From an uncultured Gemmatimonadaceae bacterium (lineage in GTDB: Bacteria; Gemmatimonadota; Gemmatimonadetes; Gemmatimonadales; Gemmatimonadaceae): a DNA stretch of 64,000 bases. Position 1 is the first letter of the stretch. Each line of letters starts with the position of its first letter. The stretch covers positions 1,216,001-1,280,000 of the forward strand of contig CAWJMB010000002.1 of NCBI GenBank assembly GCA_963843845.1, given 5' to 3'. Positions 10,551 through 20,643 of this stretch are shown here, piece by piece. The translations under genes and the position numbers were made by a program. The notes under the pieces were generated by a model. That model worked only from the letters and a program-made list of their open reading frames with translations. It did no database searches and was not told the DNA's origin.

Positions 10551-13500
10551 TTGCCGGACTTTCGTCGCCAGTCTCGCGGTGCGCATCGATTCGGGCGCGC
10601 GGCGCGCGCGCTTCGCACGGCGGCGCTCCCTCTCGCCGCTCTGCTATCGGCGTGCGAGAGCGAAGCGCCGCTCGCGGTGCGCGAGCGGGACGCGGGCCGC
10701 CCCGCGGTCGCCTCCGGGACGCCGCTCCGCATCGATGCGTCGGCCGCGTCGATCGCGGTCGGCACCGCCGGCACGCTGCACGCGCTGCGCCTCGACGCCA
10801 GCGGGTCACTCTCGACCGCGCACGCCGAATGGCGCAGTGCCACCCCGACGGTCGCCGCCGTCGCGAACGATGGATCGGTGTTCGGCCTCGCGCCCGGCGT
10901 GGCGGTGATCTGGGCGATCGTCGCCGGCGACAGTGTCGCGACGGCGGTAGACGTCGGCGCCACGGGTACGGGCGCCGCGCGCCGCGCGCTGGCGCCGAGC
11001 GGGGGGGCGTTCAGCACGAATGGTGTTGCACCAGTCAAATGGTTGGGGCTATCTTCGGCCGCAACTCGGATGACGGCGGGGCAGGCGTTTCAGTTCGTCG
11101 CTCGGCCGGTCGATCAGAACGGGCGGGACATCCTGCCGGCACCACGGTTCATCTGGCGATCGTCAGCTCCTGGCATCGCCTCGATCGACTCGGTGGGACG
11201 GGTCACGGCATTGACCCCGGGTCAGACATTTGTTTCCGTTCTGCTTGCTGCGGATACGACCGGTCCGCGCGCGATGTTGTCCGTGACCGTCGTTCCTGCC
11301 GCCGGCGGTACGACCGGTTCGCTCTTCGTAACTCCCTCCTCCGGTAGGCTGCGAGTCGGCGACTCGCTGCGAGTGACCGCGGCCGCCCTGACGCTTCAGG
11401 GCGCCTTCCTGCCCGGTCGGCCCGTCACATATACGTCGTCGGACACACGAGTGGTCACCACCGTCGGAACAGGGATTCTCAAGGCCGTCGGAGTCGGTTC
11501 GGCGATCGTGCTCGCGGCGTGCGACGGATACTCGCAGATCATTCCGGTCGCCGTGGAGAGTGACCCGATCGTCGTGTCCGCGCCGGCGCCGACGCAGGGA
11601 GAGGTCGGGGCCGACGACAGCGGCATCTCGATCGATGGGTCGTCGGTCGTGATGATCACGGGTGACAGCGTGCAGCTCGCGGCGACGGTCATCCGCGGCG
11701 CGGTGCGAAGCGCACTGCCGCCGACCGCTTCCTGGGTCTCGTCGGACCCGGCGGTTGCCGTCGTGCGAGGGACAGGGCTGGTCGTCGCGGTCGGAGCCGG
11801 GGCGGCCCGTGTCGCCGTGTCGTCGAACGGATCGGTCGCGGGGATCGACGTCACTGTGACGTCGCGTGCGGTGACGCCGCCCCCCGCAGTGCCTGCGACA
11901 CCCGAGACGCCGGCCGCGCCGGCCGCGCCGGCCACGCCGGCCACGCCCGCGCCGGCCACGCCCGCGCCGGCCACGCCCGCGCCGGCCACGCCCGCGCCGG
12001 CCGCGCCCACGCCCGCCACCCCTGCGCCGGCCACGCCCGCGCCCGCCACCCCTGCGCCTGCCACGCCCGCGCCGAGCGACTCAGCTGCGCCGCGACCCGA
12101 CACGACATCCGCGACCACGCCGAGCGGCGGAACGTCCGGCGCGGGCAGCAGCGGTGGCGCGAGCGGTGGGTCCGGCGGTGCCGCCGGCGGGAGTGGTGGG
12201 AGTGTGGGAAGCGGCGCCGGTGGCGCGAGCACCCCGCCGCCGTTGGTCGGTGGCATCCGCATTCCGTTGACCGTCCGGCGCTTCGATGGCGGGTCCGGAC
12301 GGGTGCTGGTCTCGAACGGCATTCCGCTTCTCGAGGGCGTCGTGCGAACGAGCGACCTCGCCCAGATCCACGTGCTCGTCAACGGCGTCGAGCAGCCGAT
12401 CGCCGTCCGCGCGCTCAGCGGGCGCTTCAGCAGCGGTTCGCTGCGCTCGATTCTCGTGCAGTTCACCTACGACGTCCCGAACGCGCGCGAGATCGGAGGC
12501 GTGCTCGTGATCGGCGCGGGGCAGCGGAATGTCGCCACGGTCGCCGAAGTCGCCGCGCCGTCGATACCAGCGGCGGCTGCGCTGCCGACGGACCCAGCGT
12601 ATCTAATCGCGTCGCGGTGGGGCGGCACACTGTACGCCTCGACGACCCGAGCGCCGAGCGCGCTCGCGGCGCAGTTCGATACCGACTACGTGCGTCTGGA
12701 GCTCGGCGACTGGGCGCGCTGCGGTGTGAAGTGGGACTGCGCGCGCACGGCTGGGTACGACCGCCCGTTCATTCTGTATCAGCAGTGGCTCCGGACCGGC
12801 GACCCCGCATACTGGTATCGCGCGACGGCGACGGCGGACGACTACATCACGCGGTACATCGTGGTGAACGGCGGTCCGACGCCGTGGTGGAGTAACTCGG
12901 AAGGGGTCGCGCTCCACTATTGGGCGACGGGACGCGAGGCGAGCCGCTACCAGCTGCGCAAGATGGCAGAGACGCTGGCGTGGATGGCGCGCCCCGGGAT
13001 GGGTTACGAGATGAATGGAACGCTCGGCGACGACCGCATGCGCGCGAAGATCCTGACGGCGGCGATCGACGCGGCGCGGCTCGACATCTCGACGCAGCCG
13101 AGCGATGCGACGCACTACTACACGCAGAACGACGGCGTGCCGTACTACGCGTCGTTCCTCACGCCGTCCACGCTCTCGCGCTGGGTCACGGACATCCTGT
13201 CGACGCAGCGCGCCAACGGGATGTTCGGAGGGGCCTACTACGGCGGCGGGCAGAGCAACTACATGGTCGGGATGCTGTTGAGCGCCCTCGTTCGGTATCA
13301 CGAGGAGGTGTCGCCGGATCAGCGGATTCTGGCCGCGGTGAAGAAGTCGCTCGACGACCTGTGGGCGAATGAGTGGGACGCGACCGAGCGCGGATTCCAG
13401 TACCACAGCCTGCGCGGAACGGACGAAGGAGGTCGGATCGCCGCCACAGCGTCGCCGCAGCCGGGGCTCAACGCGTTCATCTTCCTCCCCGCAGCGTGGT

Positions 13501-13664
13501 ACTACCACATGACCGGCGACACGCGCTACAGTGACATGGGCGACGAGATGCTCCGGGGCCTCGCCTCGCCAGGCTCGCGGGATTGGTGGAACGCGTCCGG
13601 GAAGGCGTTCGATCAGGCGTTCTACCGTATCTTCAACGCTCTCGCGTGGCGCGGCGGTAGCTGA
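10551..13664 (+). CDS. Large lipoprotein: 4 Ig-like (Big_2) domains, Pro/Ala/Thr stalk, Gly/Ser linker and putative carbohydrate-active C-terminal module
   Basis: GGAG RBS at 10541, in-frame TTG at 10551, lipobox LLSA-C; four (W/Y)xSxxxxVxxxxxxG-type Big_2 repeats; C-terminal ~470 aa rich in W/Y. Confidence 0.8.
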   Translation: MPDFRRQSRGAHRFGRAARALRTAALPLAALLSACESEAPLAVRERDAGRPAVASGTPLRIDASAASIAVGTAGTLHALRLDASGSLSTAHAEWRSATPTVAAVANDGSVFGLAPGVAVIWAIVAGDSVATAVDVGATGTGAARRALAPSGGAFSTNGVAPVKWLGLSSAATRMTAGQAFQFVARPVDQNGRDILPAPRFIWRSSAPGIASIDSVGRVTALTPGQTFVSVLLAADTTGPRAMLSVTVVPAAGGTTGSLFVTPSSGRLRVGDSLRVTAAALTLQGAFLPGRPVTYTSSDTRVVTTVGTGILKAVGVGSAIVLAACDGYSQIIPVAVESDPIVVSAPAPTQGEVGADDSGISIDGSSVVMITGDSVQLAATVIRGAVRSALPPTASWVSSDPAVAVVRGTGLVVAVGAGAARVAVSSNGSVAGIDVTVTSRAVTPPPAVPATPETPAAPAAPATPATPAPATPAPATPAPATPAPAAPTPATPAPATPAPATPAPATPAPSDSAAPRPDTTSATTPSGGTSGAGSSGGASGGSGGAAGGSGGSVGSGAGGASTPPPLVGGIRIPLTVRRFDGGSGRVLVSNGIPLLEGVVRTSDLAQIHVLVNGVEQPIAVRALSGRFSSGSLRSILVQFTYDVPNAREIGGVLVIGAGQRNVATVAEVAAPSIPAAAALPTDPAYLIASRWGGTLYASTTRAPSALAAQFDTDYVRLELGDWARCGVKWDCARTAGYDRPFILYQQWLRTGDPAYWYRATATADDYITRYIVVNGGPTPWWSNSEGVALHYWATGREASRYQLRKMAETLAWMARPGMGYEMNGTLGDDRMRAKILTAAIDAARLDISTQPSDATHYYTQNDGVPYYASFLTPSTLSRWVTDILSTQRANGMFGGAYYGGGQSNYMVGMLLSALVRYHEEVSPDQRILAAVKKSLDDLWANEWDATERGFQYHSLRGTDEGGRIAATASPQPGLNAFIFLPAAWYYHMTGDTRYSDMGDEMLRGLASPGSRDWWNASGKAFDQAFYRIFNALAWRGGS
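11875..12075 (+). repeat. Coding tandem repeat, ~15-nt unit (ccggccacgcccgcg) encoding (PATPA)n
   Basis: About 9-10 imperfect in-frame copies seen directly. Confidence 0.9.
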
Positions 13665-13712
13665 CCGCCAGCGAATGCCCGCGTCGACTTCGTCGCGCTT
13701 TCCCCGCTCGTC

Positions 13713-14696
13713 GTGCCCCCCGCCGTCATCACCGTCGTCGTTCCGATTTACAACAAGCTCGCCCTGCTACGACCCGCTCTCGCCTCGATCGCCGAGGCGG
13801 CGAGGCAGCACGCGGGTGTCGAGATGGTGTTGGTCGACAACGGATCGACCGATCAGTCGTACGAGCACGCACAGACGTACGCGGACCGCGCGACGATTCT
13901 GCGCGTCGAGGGGACCGTGGCGGCCGTTCGCAATGCGGGCGCGCGGGTCGGAGCGGGAAAGTATCTCAGCTTTCTCGACTCCGACATGCTCGTGCCTCGT
14001 GACTTCTTCGTACGTCTCGAGGAGACGTTCGAGTCGGGCGTCGCGCCGGCGATCGGGTGCGAATCACACCTGCCGGACGACCCGCACTGGGTCGAGCGGG
14101 CCTGGCACGTCCTGACGGTTCCCGAAGACGACGGCTACCGGCACTATCTGAATTCGGGAAACTTCGCGATCACGCGGTCGCTGTTCGACCGGATCGGCGG
14201 CTTCCCCGAGGAGTACGTCACCGGGGAGGACACCGAGATCTGTCGGCGCATCGTCGCCGCCGGCGAGACGATCTACCAGTCGCAGCGTCTCGCGACGAAG
14301 CACCTCGGGAATCCGAAGACACTCGCCGGCTTCTTCCGACGGATGCGATGGCACGGGCTCAGTGCGAGCGACGGCACGCGCGTGCTGTGGGAACAGAAGG
14401 CGACGCGGATGACTGTCGCGAACGCGCTCCTCCTCACCGCGGCGGCCGGGCTCCTGGTACTGCGGCAGAGCCGCTCGACCGCGCTCCTCGCGCTCGCGCT
14501 CGCCCTGGTCGTGCCGGTCGCGACCTATGTGCTGCGTCTCTGGCGCGTTCGGAGGCTCGTCGATCCCATCGTCTCGCTCGTCCTGATCGAGCTGGTCTAC
14601 GCAGCGCGCTTCTCGGCGCTGGTCACGATCGTCTGGCGACTGCGTGGCCTTCGGCGACCACGACGCGTCGAGCGAGCGCGCACAACCCGAGCATGA
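13713..14696 (+). CDS. Glycosyltransferase family 2
   Basis: VVVPIYN, LVDNGSTD, RNAG, FLDSD, GGFPE, GEDTEIC; C-terminal TM helices. Confidence 0.9.
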   Translation: MPPAVITVVVPIYNKLALLRPALASIAEAARQHAGVEMVLVDNGSTDQSYEHAQTYADRATILRVEGTVAAVRNAGARVGAGKYLSFLDSDMLVPRDFFVRLEETFESGVAPAIGCESHLPDDPHWVERAWHVLTVPEDDGYRHYLNSGNFAITRSLFDRIGGFPEEYVTGEDTEICRRIVAAGETIYQSQRLATKHLGNPKTLAGFFRRMRWHGLSASDGTRVLWEQKATRMTVANALLLTAAAGLLVLRQSRSTALLALALALVVPVATYVLRLWRVRRLVDPIVSLVLIELVYAARFSALVTIVWRLRGLRRPRRVERARTTRA

Positions 14697-15936
14697 AGAA
14701 CAGCGCGTTCGCGTAGGCGTGCGACAGGAAGATCGCCGACGTCATGAACGAGACGAGCGCGGCGAAGATCTCCGGCCGGTACAAGCGGTCGCGGCTCCTC
14801 GCGCGGCCCTGACGCCACGAGAGCAGCGCGTCGCGCACGACACCGACCATCAGCGCCGCGAACGGTATCATGCCGACGAGCCCGAGCTCGACGAGAACCT
14901 GGATGTAGGTGTTGTGTGCAGTCAGCCAGGAGCCGACCGTCCCGCGCGACCTGTAGAATTCGCCTTCGCGCACGCCGTAGCTCATCGGTCCGACGCCGAC
15001 GATCGGCCGCTCGAGGGCATAGCCCAGACCACGTTTCCACACGTTCACACGTCCCACGTCTGCATTGAACGTGTAGTCGTCCTCGATGTGCAGCAGCGAC
15101 ATCGCGCGCACACGAAACGACTCGGGCCCGAAGCGCCATGCGATGGGGACCGCGAGGGCGAGGGCGAGAACGAAGGGAATGAGGCGCCGAGCACGCAGCG
15201 CGACGAGCAGGACCGGTGTCGTCACGACGAGCGCGACGATTGCACCTCGTGATCCCGTACGGAGCACGACGGCGAGCGTCGCGACGATGCCGGCGAGCGC
15301 GACGATCCGCCACCAGCCGCGGACTCGCATCGTCATCCCGACCGCGAGCCACATGAACACGCACGATACGGCAGCGAGATCGTTCGGATCGTACATCCCC
15401 GTGGTGCCGAGCCGATCACCGCCTAGGACATCGAACTTGACGGCGCCGGTCACTGAAACGAGTACCGCCATCACCGTCGCACACAGCACGGTCCAGTTCA
15501 GCACCCGGTCGAGTGTCTGCCGCTCCGGAGGGCACAGTAGCATGGCCGCCATGAGAATCACTGCGAGTGGCAGTGACCGAAACAGACTTGCCGCCCCCCC
15601 TGGCCACAGGGAGAAGGGAATCGTCACTGCGATGGCCGCGCAGTAGGCCAACGTCCAGCGCATCGACGGGTCGCGCACCGCGGCGCGCCGCGCGGCCGGC
15701 TTGGACCGACTCCAGAGCATGAACACGGCCCACAGCCCACCGACGATCGACGGCCGCAGATACCCGAGGGGGGGCCAGAATTCAGCGAGCCGAACGACGA
15801 GCAGCGCGGTCAGCACGACGACGACGCTCCACGCCCCCGCCCACCAGGGCGAGGCGACGCGTGGCGCGCCGGCTCGCCGGAGGGCCGGGGCGCGAACAGC
15901 CGTGGTGCGCGGGTAGGGTAACGGGCGAGCCGTCAT
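14623..15936 (-). CDS. O-antigen ligase / Wzy polymerase family protein
   Basis: YDPNDLA, TGSRGA, PIVGVG, AHNTYIQVLVELGLVG; multi-TM. Confidence 0.85.
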   Translation of the reverse strand: MTARPLPYPRTTAVRAPALRRAGAPRVASPWWAGAWSVVVVLTALLVVRLAEFWPPLGYLRPSIVGGLWAVFMLWSRSKPAARRAAVRDPSMRWTLAYCAAIAVTIPFSLWPGGAASLFRSLPLAVILMAAMLLCPPERQTLDRVLNWTVLCATVMAVLVSVTGAVKFDVLGGDRLGTTGMYDPNDLAAVSCVFMWLAVGMTMRVRGWWRIVALAGIVATLAVVLRTGSRGAIVALVVTTPVLLVALRARRLIPFVLALALAVPIAWRFGPESFRVRAMSLLHIEDDYTFNADVGRVNVWKRGLGYALERPIVGVGPMSYGVREGEFYRSRGTVGSWLTAHNTYIQVLVELGLVGMIPFAALMVGVVRDALLSWRQGRARSRDRLYRPEIFAALVSFMTSAIFLSHAYANALFFMLGLCALARRVVVAEGHAVARRS

Positions 15937-15990
15937 CGTCGTCGAGGTAGCGATTGATGCGAGCCGAGCGGGGAACGAGCGTGCGGCATG

Positions 15991-17178
15991 CTACCCACCC
16001 CGGCGGCGCGGGTTCGCGCGAGCGTCGACGAGTCGGTGGTACAGCGCCTCGTGGGCGTCCGCCATCGTCTCGACACTGAACTCCCGTACGATGCGATCGT
16101 AGGCACTCGCGGCGAGCCGCCGGCGCAGCGGAGGGTCGTTCGCGAGGCGGGTCAGTGCGTGGGCGAGGGCACTCGCATCTCCGGGCGGGACCACGAGGGC
16201 ATCCTGCTCATCGCGGACCATGGACGGGATGCCGCCGACCCCTGATGCGACGATCGCTGTCTGACTGCTCATCGCTTCGAGAAGGGCGATGGGCATCGCC
16301 TCGTTCATCGATGGCATCGCGTACACGTCAGCGGCAGCGAGAACGTCCGGAATGTCCAGGCGCGGTCCGAGCAACAGCGCGCGCTCGGCCCACCCGCGCG
16401 CCGCGATGAACTCCGCGAGTTCCGAGGCCGCCTCTTCCGGCCGGCCGGCGATCGCGACACGCCACGGAATCGACTCGGGCAGGCGGGCGAGCGCCTCGAG
16501 GAGTACCAGGTGTCCTTTGTTGCGGAACAGATTGCCGACCGCTACGACCAAGATCTCGTCGGGCGCCACCGCCAGTTCGCGTCGTACGGCGCTGCGCTCT
16601 CCACGCACGACCGGAATCCCGTTCGGGATGATCTGCATTCGGTCGGCCGCGCGGCCGAGCACGTCGCGCAGCTCGGATTTCAGCGCCGACGAGACCGAGA
16701 TCACCGCCTCCGCCGCGTAGAAGGCGGCGGCAAGTGCCCACCGCCGCCGCCGCGCGGACGTCTCACGCTGTGTGCCGTGCATCGTGATGACGTGCGGCAT
16801 CGGTGAGAAGCGTGTCGCGAGGGTGCCGAACACGCCCATCGTGAACATGTGGCTGTGCAGCACATCCGCGTCGATCCGGCGCAGTGTGTCGCGGACCGAC
16901 GTCACGCACTCGAGTCGCACGCGCCCGAGCGGGATCGAGTGCGTCGGGATCCCCTCCGAGCGGAACTGCGCGCCGAGCCACCCGTCCCGGTTCTCCGGCC
17001 CCAGAAAATGCACGTCGTGGCCGCGCGTCCGCAGCGCGACGCCGAGGTGTACCAGCATGCGCTCGGCGCCCCCGATGACGTCGGATTCGGTCGCCAGCGC
17101 GATACGAAGCGGCCGATCGGCCCGGAGGCGTTCGCCGCCGCCGACGTCCGACGCTGTCGATGGAATCGACGCCGTCAC
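15991..17178 (-). CDS. Glycosyltransferase family 4
   Basis: GGAERML, IPNG, VGNLFRNKGH, EAMPIALLEAM; GTGA overlap with upstream gene. Confidence 0.9.
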   Translation of the reverse strand: MTASIPSTASDVGGGERLRADRPLRIALATESDVIGGAERMLVHLGVALRTRGHDVHFLGPENRDGWLGAQFRSEGIPTHSIPLGRVRLECVTSVRDTLRRIDADVLHSHMFTMGVFGTLATRFSPMPHVITMHGTQRETSARRRRWALAAAFYAAEAVISVSSALKSELRDVLGRAADRMQIIPNGIPVVRGERSAVRRELAVAPDEILVVAVGNLFRNKGHLVLLEALARLPESIPWRVAIAGRPEEAASELAEFIAARGWAERALLLGPRLDIPDVLAAADVYAMPSMNEAMPIALLEAMSSQTAIVASGVGGIPSMVRDEQDALVVPPGDASALAHALTRLANDPPLRRRLAASAYDRIVREFSVETMADAHEALYHRLVDARANPRRRGG

Positions 17179-18215
17179 GCGACGTGTGAAGTCGGCGTCG
17201 CTGCCACGGCCGGGGGCACATGCCACACCGGCCGCTCGCCGCGTCCTTCGGCCTGGTACCACTGCACCATCCGCTCGAGCCCCTCGCGCAGCGTGGCGCG
17301 GGGGACGAAGCCGGCCGCGCGCGCGCGGTCCGACTCGAACTTGGTCTGCTCCGAGGCGAGCTTGCGGATCCGTGCCGACGAGACGGGGAGGTTTCGCCCG
17401 GTGACCTTGATGAAGGCGTCGAACGGCGCGGCGAGCGCGAGCGCCACGGGGAGCGGCACCGACGCTCGCGGCGCGCGCCGGCCGAGCGCCTCGTAGATCG
17501 TGTCGGCGATCTCGCGGCTCGTCATGTCCGGCTTCTCGACCCAGTTGTACCGCTCGACCGCGCCGTGCGGCGCGTGATCCCAGAGAAAGAGCGTCGCGTC
17601 GACGAGGTTCTCGACGTACGAGAGACTCTTCACGTTCGTCCCCGCGCCGACCGGGAGGAAGCGCCCGCGGTCGATCTGACGGATCAGCGAGTACATGTTC
17701 GCGAAGTTTCGCGCCCCGAAGGTGATCGTCGGGCGAATGACGAGCACGCGCCGCCCGCCCGCCGTCGCCCAGCCCTCGAACACCGCCTCGCCGGCGAGCT
17801 TCGACGCGCCGTACGGGTTGACCGGCGCCTTCGGCGAGTGCTCGTGGTGCGGCTCCGGCGCCGACCCGTAGACCGCGACGCTCGAGTAGAAGCACACTCG
17901 CCCCACGCCGGCGGCGTCCATCGCGTCGCAGAGCACCTGGCTGCCGCGCTCGTTGACGTCGAAGTACGTCTCGTAGGCGATGCCGAAGTCGTGGTGCGCG
18001 GCCGCGAGGTGGAAAACCGCCTCGCAGCCGTCGAGCGCCGCACGTACGGCGTTCGCGTCGCGCACGTCGCCGGCGACGTACCGGTCCGGGCGCGGCGCCG
18101 CGTCGGCGGGCGGCTTCAGGTCGAGCACGTGGAAGTGGTCCCCGCGCGCCGCGAGCCGCTCGCAGAGGTAGCGGCCGATGAAGCCGGAGCCGCCGGTGAC
18201 GAGGTAGCGAGCCAT
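17175..18215 (-). CDS. NAD-dependent nucleotide-sugar epimerase/dehydratase (extended SDR)
   Basis: VTGGSGFIG, FHLAA, SSVAVYG, YGASK. Confidence 0.9.
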   Translation of the reverse strand: MARYLVTGGSGFIGRYLCERLAARGDHFHVLDLKPPADAAPRPDRYVAGDVRDANAVRAALDGCEAVFHLAAAHHDFGIAYETYFDVNERGSQVLCDAMDAAGVGRVCFYSSVAVYGSAPEPHHEHSPKAPVNPYGASKLAGEAVFEGWATAGGRRVLVIRPTITFGARNFANMYSLIRQIDRGRFLPVGAGTNVKSLSYVENLVDATLFLWDHAPHGAVERYNWVEKPDMTSREIADTIYEALGRRAPRASVPLPVALALAAPFDAFIKVTGRNLPVSSARIRKLASEQTKFESDRARAAGFVPRATLREGLERMVQWYQAEGRGERPVWHVPPAVAATPTSHVA

Positions 18216-18270
18216 CAGGAAGACGGGTGCGATGCCGACGCGACGCCGGCGATGGAAGCGAGGAGCACGG

Positions 18271-19458
18271 TCACTCGGCGGCGACGCCGACCGCGCGCTC
18301 ACCGCGCACGACGGCCTCGAACGCACGCGACGATCGGTCGACGAGGCGGTCGACGGTGAACTCGCGAACGATCCGCTCGCGCGCGCGGGCCCCGAGTGCC
18401 TCGCGCTCGTCCGCGCGGTGCGCGAGGAGTCGCGCCCACCCCGCGGCGAGCGCCGCCGGGTCGCGCGGCGGCACTGCGATGCCTGCGTCGCCGATCACCG
18501 CCGCCGCGTCGCCGCTCGACGCCGCGACGCACGGCGTGCCGCACGCCATCGCCTCACCGAGGACGTTCGGAAACCCCTCACCGAAGGCGGACGCGCTCGT
18601 GACGATGTCCGCGCCGTTGTAGAGCGACGCGACGTCGCGTACGGCGGGCATCCATGTCACGCGCTCCGCGAGACCGCATCGCTCGGCCTCCGCCCGCAGC
18701 TCGGCGCCGTAGGCGGCGTCGCCGTCGCCGGCGCAGACGAACCGCGGCGCGGCCTCGCCGAGCTGTGAGGTCAGTTGCGCCGCCGCAGCGAGGAAGGTGT
18801 GGTGGTCCTTCATCGGATCGAGCCGCGCCGGCAGCGCCACCACGCGCTCGGCGAGCGCGATGCCGTGTGCGGCACGCCACCGCCGCCCGGCGTCGGCGTC
18901 GGGTGCGAACGCGCGCACGTCGACCGCGTTCGGAATCACGATGAAGTCGTTCGCCGGATAGCCCTCGGCGACGTGGGACGCGCGGCCGGCGTGGGAGTTC
19001 GCGATCAGCAGGTCGGGGAAGCGCGACAGCGCCGTCCCGAGGCGGTGCACGGTGCGGCGAAAGCGGGTGTAGCGCGAGAAGTCCTGGTCGGAGATGCGGA
19101 TCCCCCACGCGACCTTCGCCCCGACCGCGCGCCCCGCGAGGAGCGCGAGCTCGTTCGCCGGGATCATGTAGCCGTGCACGAGGTGTGGCCGCACGTCGCG
19201 CGCGAGCGCGAGCAGCCGTCGGCCGAACGCCGCGGTGTCCCACCGGCCGCGCTTGTCGAGCGACACGAGCCGGACGTGTGGCGCGCCGCTCAATGCCTCC
19301 CAGATCCCTCCACCGCTGTACATCGCCGCCACGGTCACGTCGAACCGATCCGGGTCGAGCCCGCGTGCGAGGAGCGAGAGCTGGCGCTCCGCGCCGCCGA
19401 TCGCCAGGTGACGGATGAGGAACAGAATGCGGATGCGGTCGCGCGAAGTCGAGGTCAC
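18271..19458 (-). CDS. Glycosyltransferase family 4
   Basis: GGAERQL, ARLDPMKDH, GEGFPNVLGEAMACG; start approximate. Confidence 0.9.
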   Translation of the reverse strand: MTSTSRDRIRILFLIRHLAIGGAERQLSLLARGLDPDRFDVTVAAMYSGGGIWEALSGAPHVRLVSLDKRGRWDTAAFGRRLLALARDVRPHLVHGYMIPANELALLAGRAVGAKVAWGIRISDQDFSRYTRFRRTVHRLGTALSRFPDLLIANSHAGRASHVAEGYPANDFIVIPNAVDVRAFAPDADAGRRWRAAHGIALAERVVALPARLDPMKDHHTFLAAAAQLTSQLGEAAPRFVCAGDGDAAYGAELRAEAERCGLAERVTWMPAVRDVASLYNGADIVTSASAFGEGFPNVLGEAMACGTPCVAASSGDAAAVIGDAGIAVPPRDPAALAAGWARLLAHRADEREALGARARERIVREFTVDRLVDRSSRAFEAVVRGERAVGVAAE

Positions 19459-19523
19459 GCAGGTTGGACGAGCGAGCACGGGAACGGCAAACTTGAGAAT
19501 ATAGAGCTGGCGGGTGTTGCCGG

Positions 19524-19552
19524 TTGGCTGGTCGGTCAGTCGCACTTAGTGT
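19524..19552 (+). promoter_or_regulatory. Possible sigma70 promoter for the epimerase-ugd pair
   Basis: TTGGCT-N17-TAGTGT in a lower-GC divergent intergenic region. Confidence 0.3.
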
Positions 19553-19586
19553 AGTGCGGTCCCTCCTTCTTCCGCCTTCCGCGTTC

Positions 19587-20623
19587 ATGTCTCGCCCGAT
19601 TCTCGTCACTGGCGCCGCCGGATTCATCGGCTCGCACGTTGCCCACCGGCTGCTCGCCCGCGGCGACCGCGTGGTCGGGCTCGACAATGTCAACGACTAC
19701 TACGACGTGCGCGCTCAAGGAGGCGCGGCTCGCCGCGCTGCAGGCTCGCGACGGCTTCACGTTCCGGCGTCTGGACATCGGCGACCGCGACGGGATGCAG
19801 GCGCTGTTCGCGCGCGAGCGCTTCGAGCGCGTCATCCACCTCGCCGCGCAGGCCGGCGTTCGCTACTCGATCGAGAATCCCGCACGCCTACGTCGACGCG
19901 AACGTCACCGGGTTCCTGAACGTCCTCGAAGGGTGCCGGCACGCGGAGAGCGCGCACCTCGTCTACGCGTCGACGTCGTCGGTCTACGGGGCGAACACGC
20001 GGATGCCGTTCAGCGAGCACGACGACGTCGACCATCCCGTGAGCTTCTACGCGGCGACGAAGCGCGCGAACGAGTTGATGGCGCACACGTACAGCCACCT
20101 CTTCCGGCTGCCGACGACGGGGCTGCGCTTCTTCACGGTCTACGGCCCGTGGGGGCGCCCCGACATGGCGCTGTTCAAGTTCGCACGCGCGATCCTCGCC
20201 GGCGAGCCGATCGACGTCTACAATCACGGCGACATGCGGCGCGACTTCACGTACGTCGACGACATCGCCGAGGGCGTCGTGCGCGCGCTCGACCGGCCGG
20301 CGGTGCCGAACGCCGAGTGGACCGGCGACGATCCCGATCCGGCGACGAGCGCCGCACCGTACCGCATCTACAACATCGGCAACAACGAGCCGGTGCAGCT
20401 CCTCCGCTTCATCGACGTGCTCGAGGACTGCCTGGGCCGACGCGCGATCCGCAACATGCTGCCGATGCAGCCCGGCGACGTCCCGGCGACGTACGCCGAC
20501 GTCGCGGAACTGTCGCGCGACGTCGGGTTCGCCCCGGAGACTCCGATCGAGGTCGGCGTCCGCCGGTTCGCCGAGTGGTACCTGTCGTATTACGGCGACG
20601 GCGCGGCGCCGTCGTCGCGCTAG
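19587..20623 (+). CDS. UDP-glucuronate 4-epimerase-like SDR; indels near 19710 and 19880
   Basis: [57 protein letters not shown]. Confidence 0.9.
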
Positions 20624-20643
20624 CTCCCGCCTTCTTCCCCCCT

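Noticed and set aside
11875..12075. CRISPR array
   Set aside because: Contiguous in-frame coding repeats without unique spacers; no cas genes; same for the 21-nt repeat at ~51800
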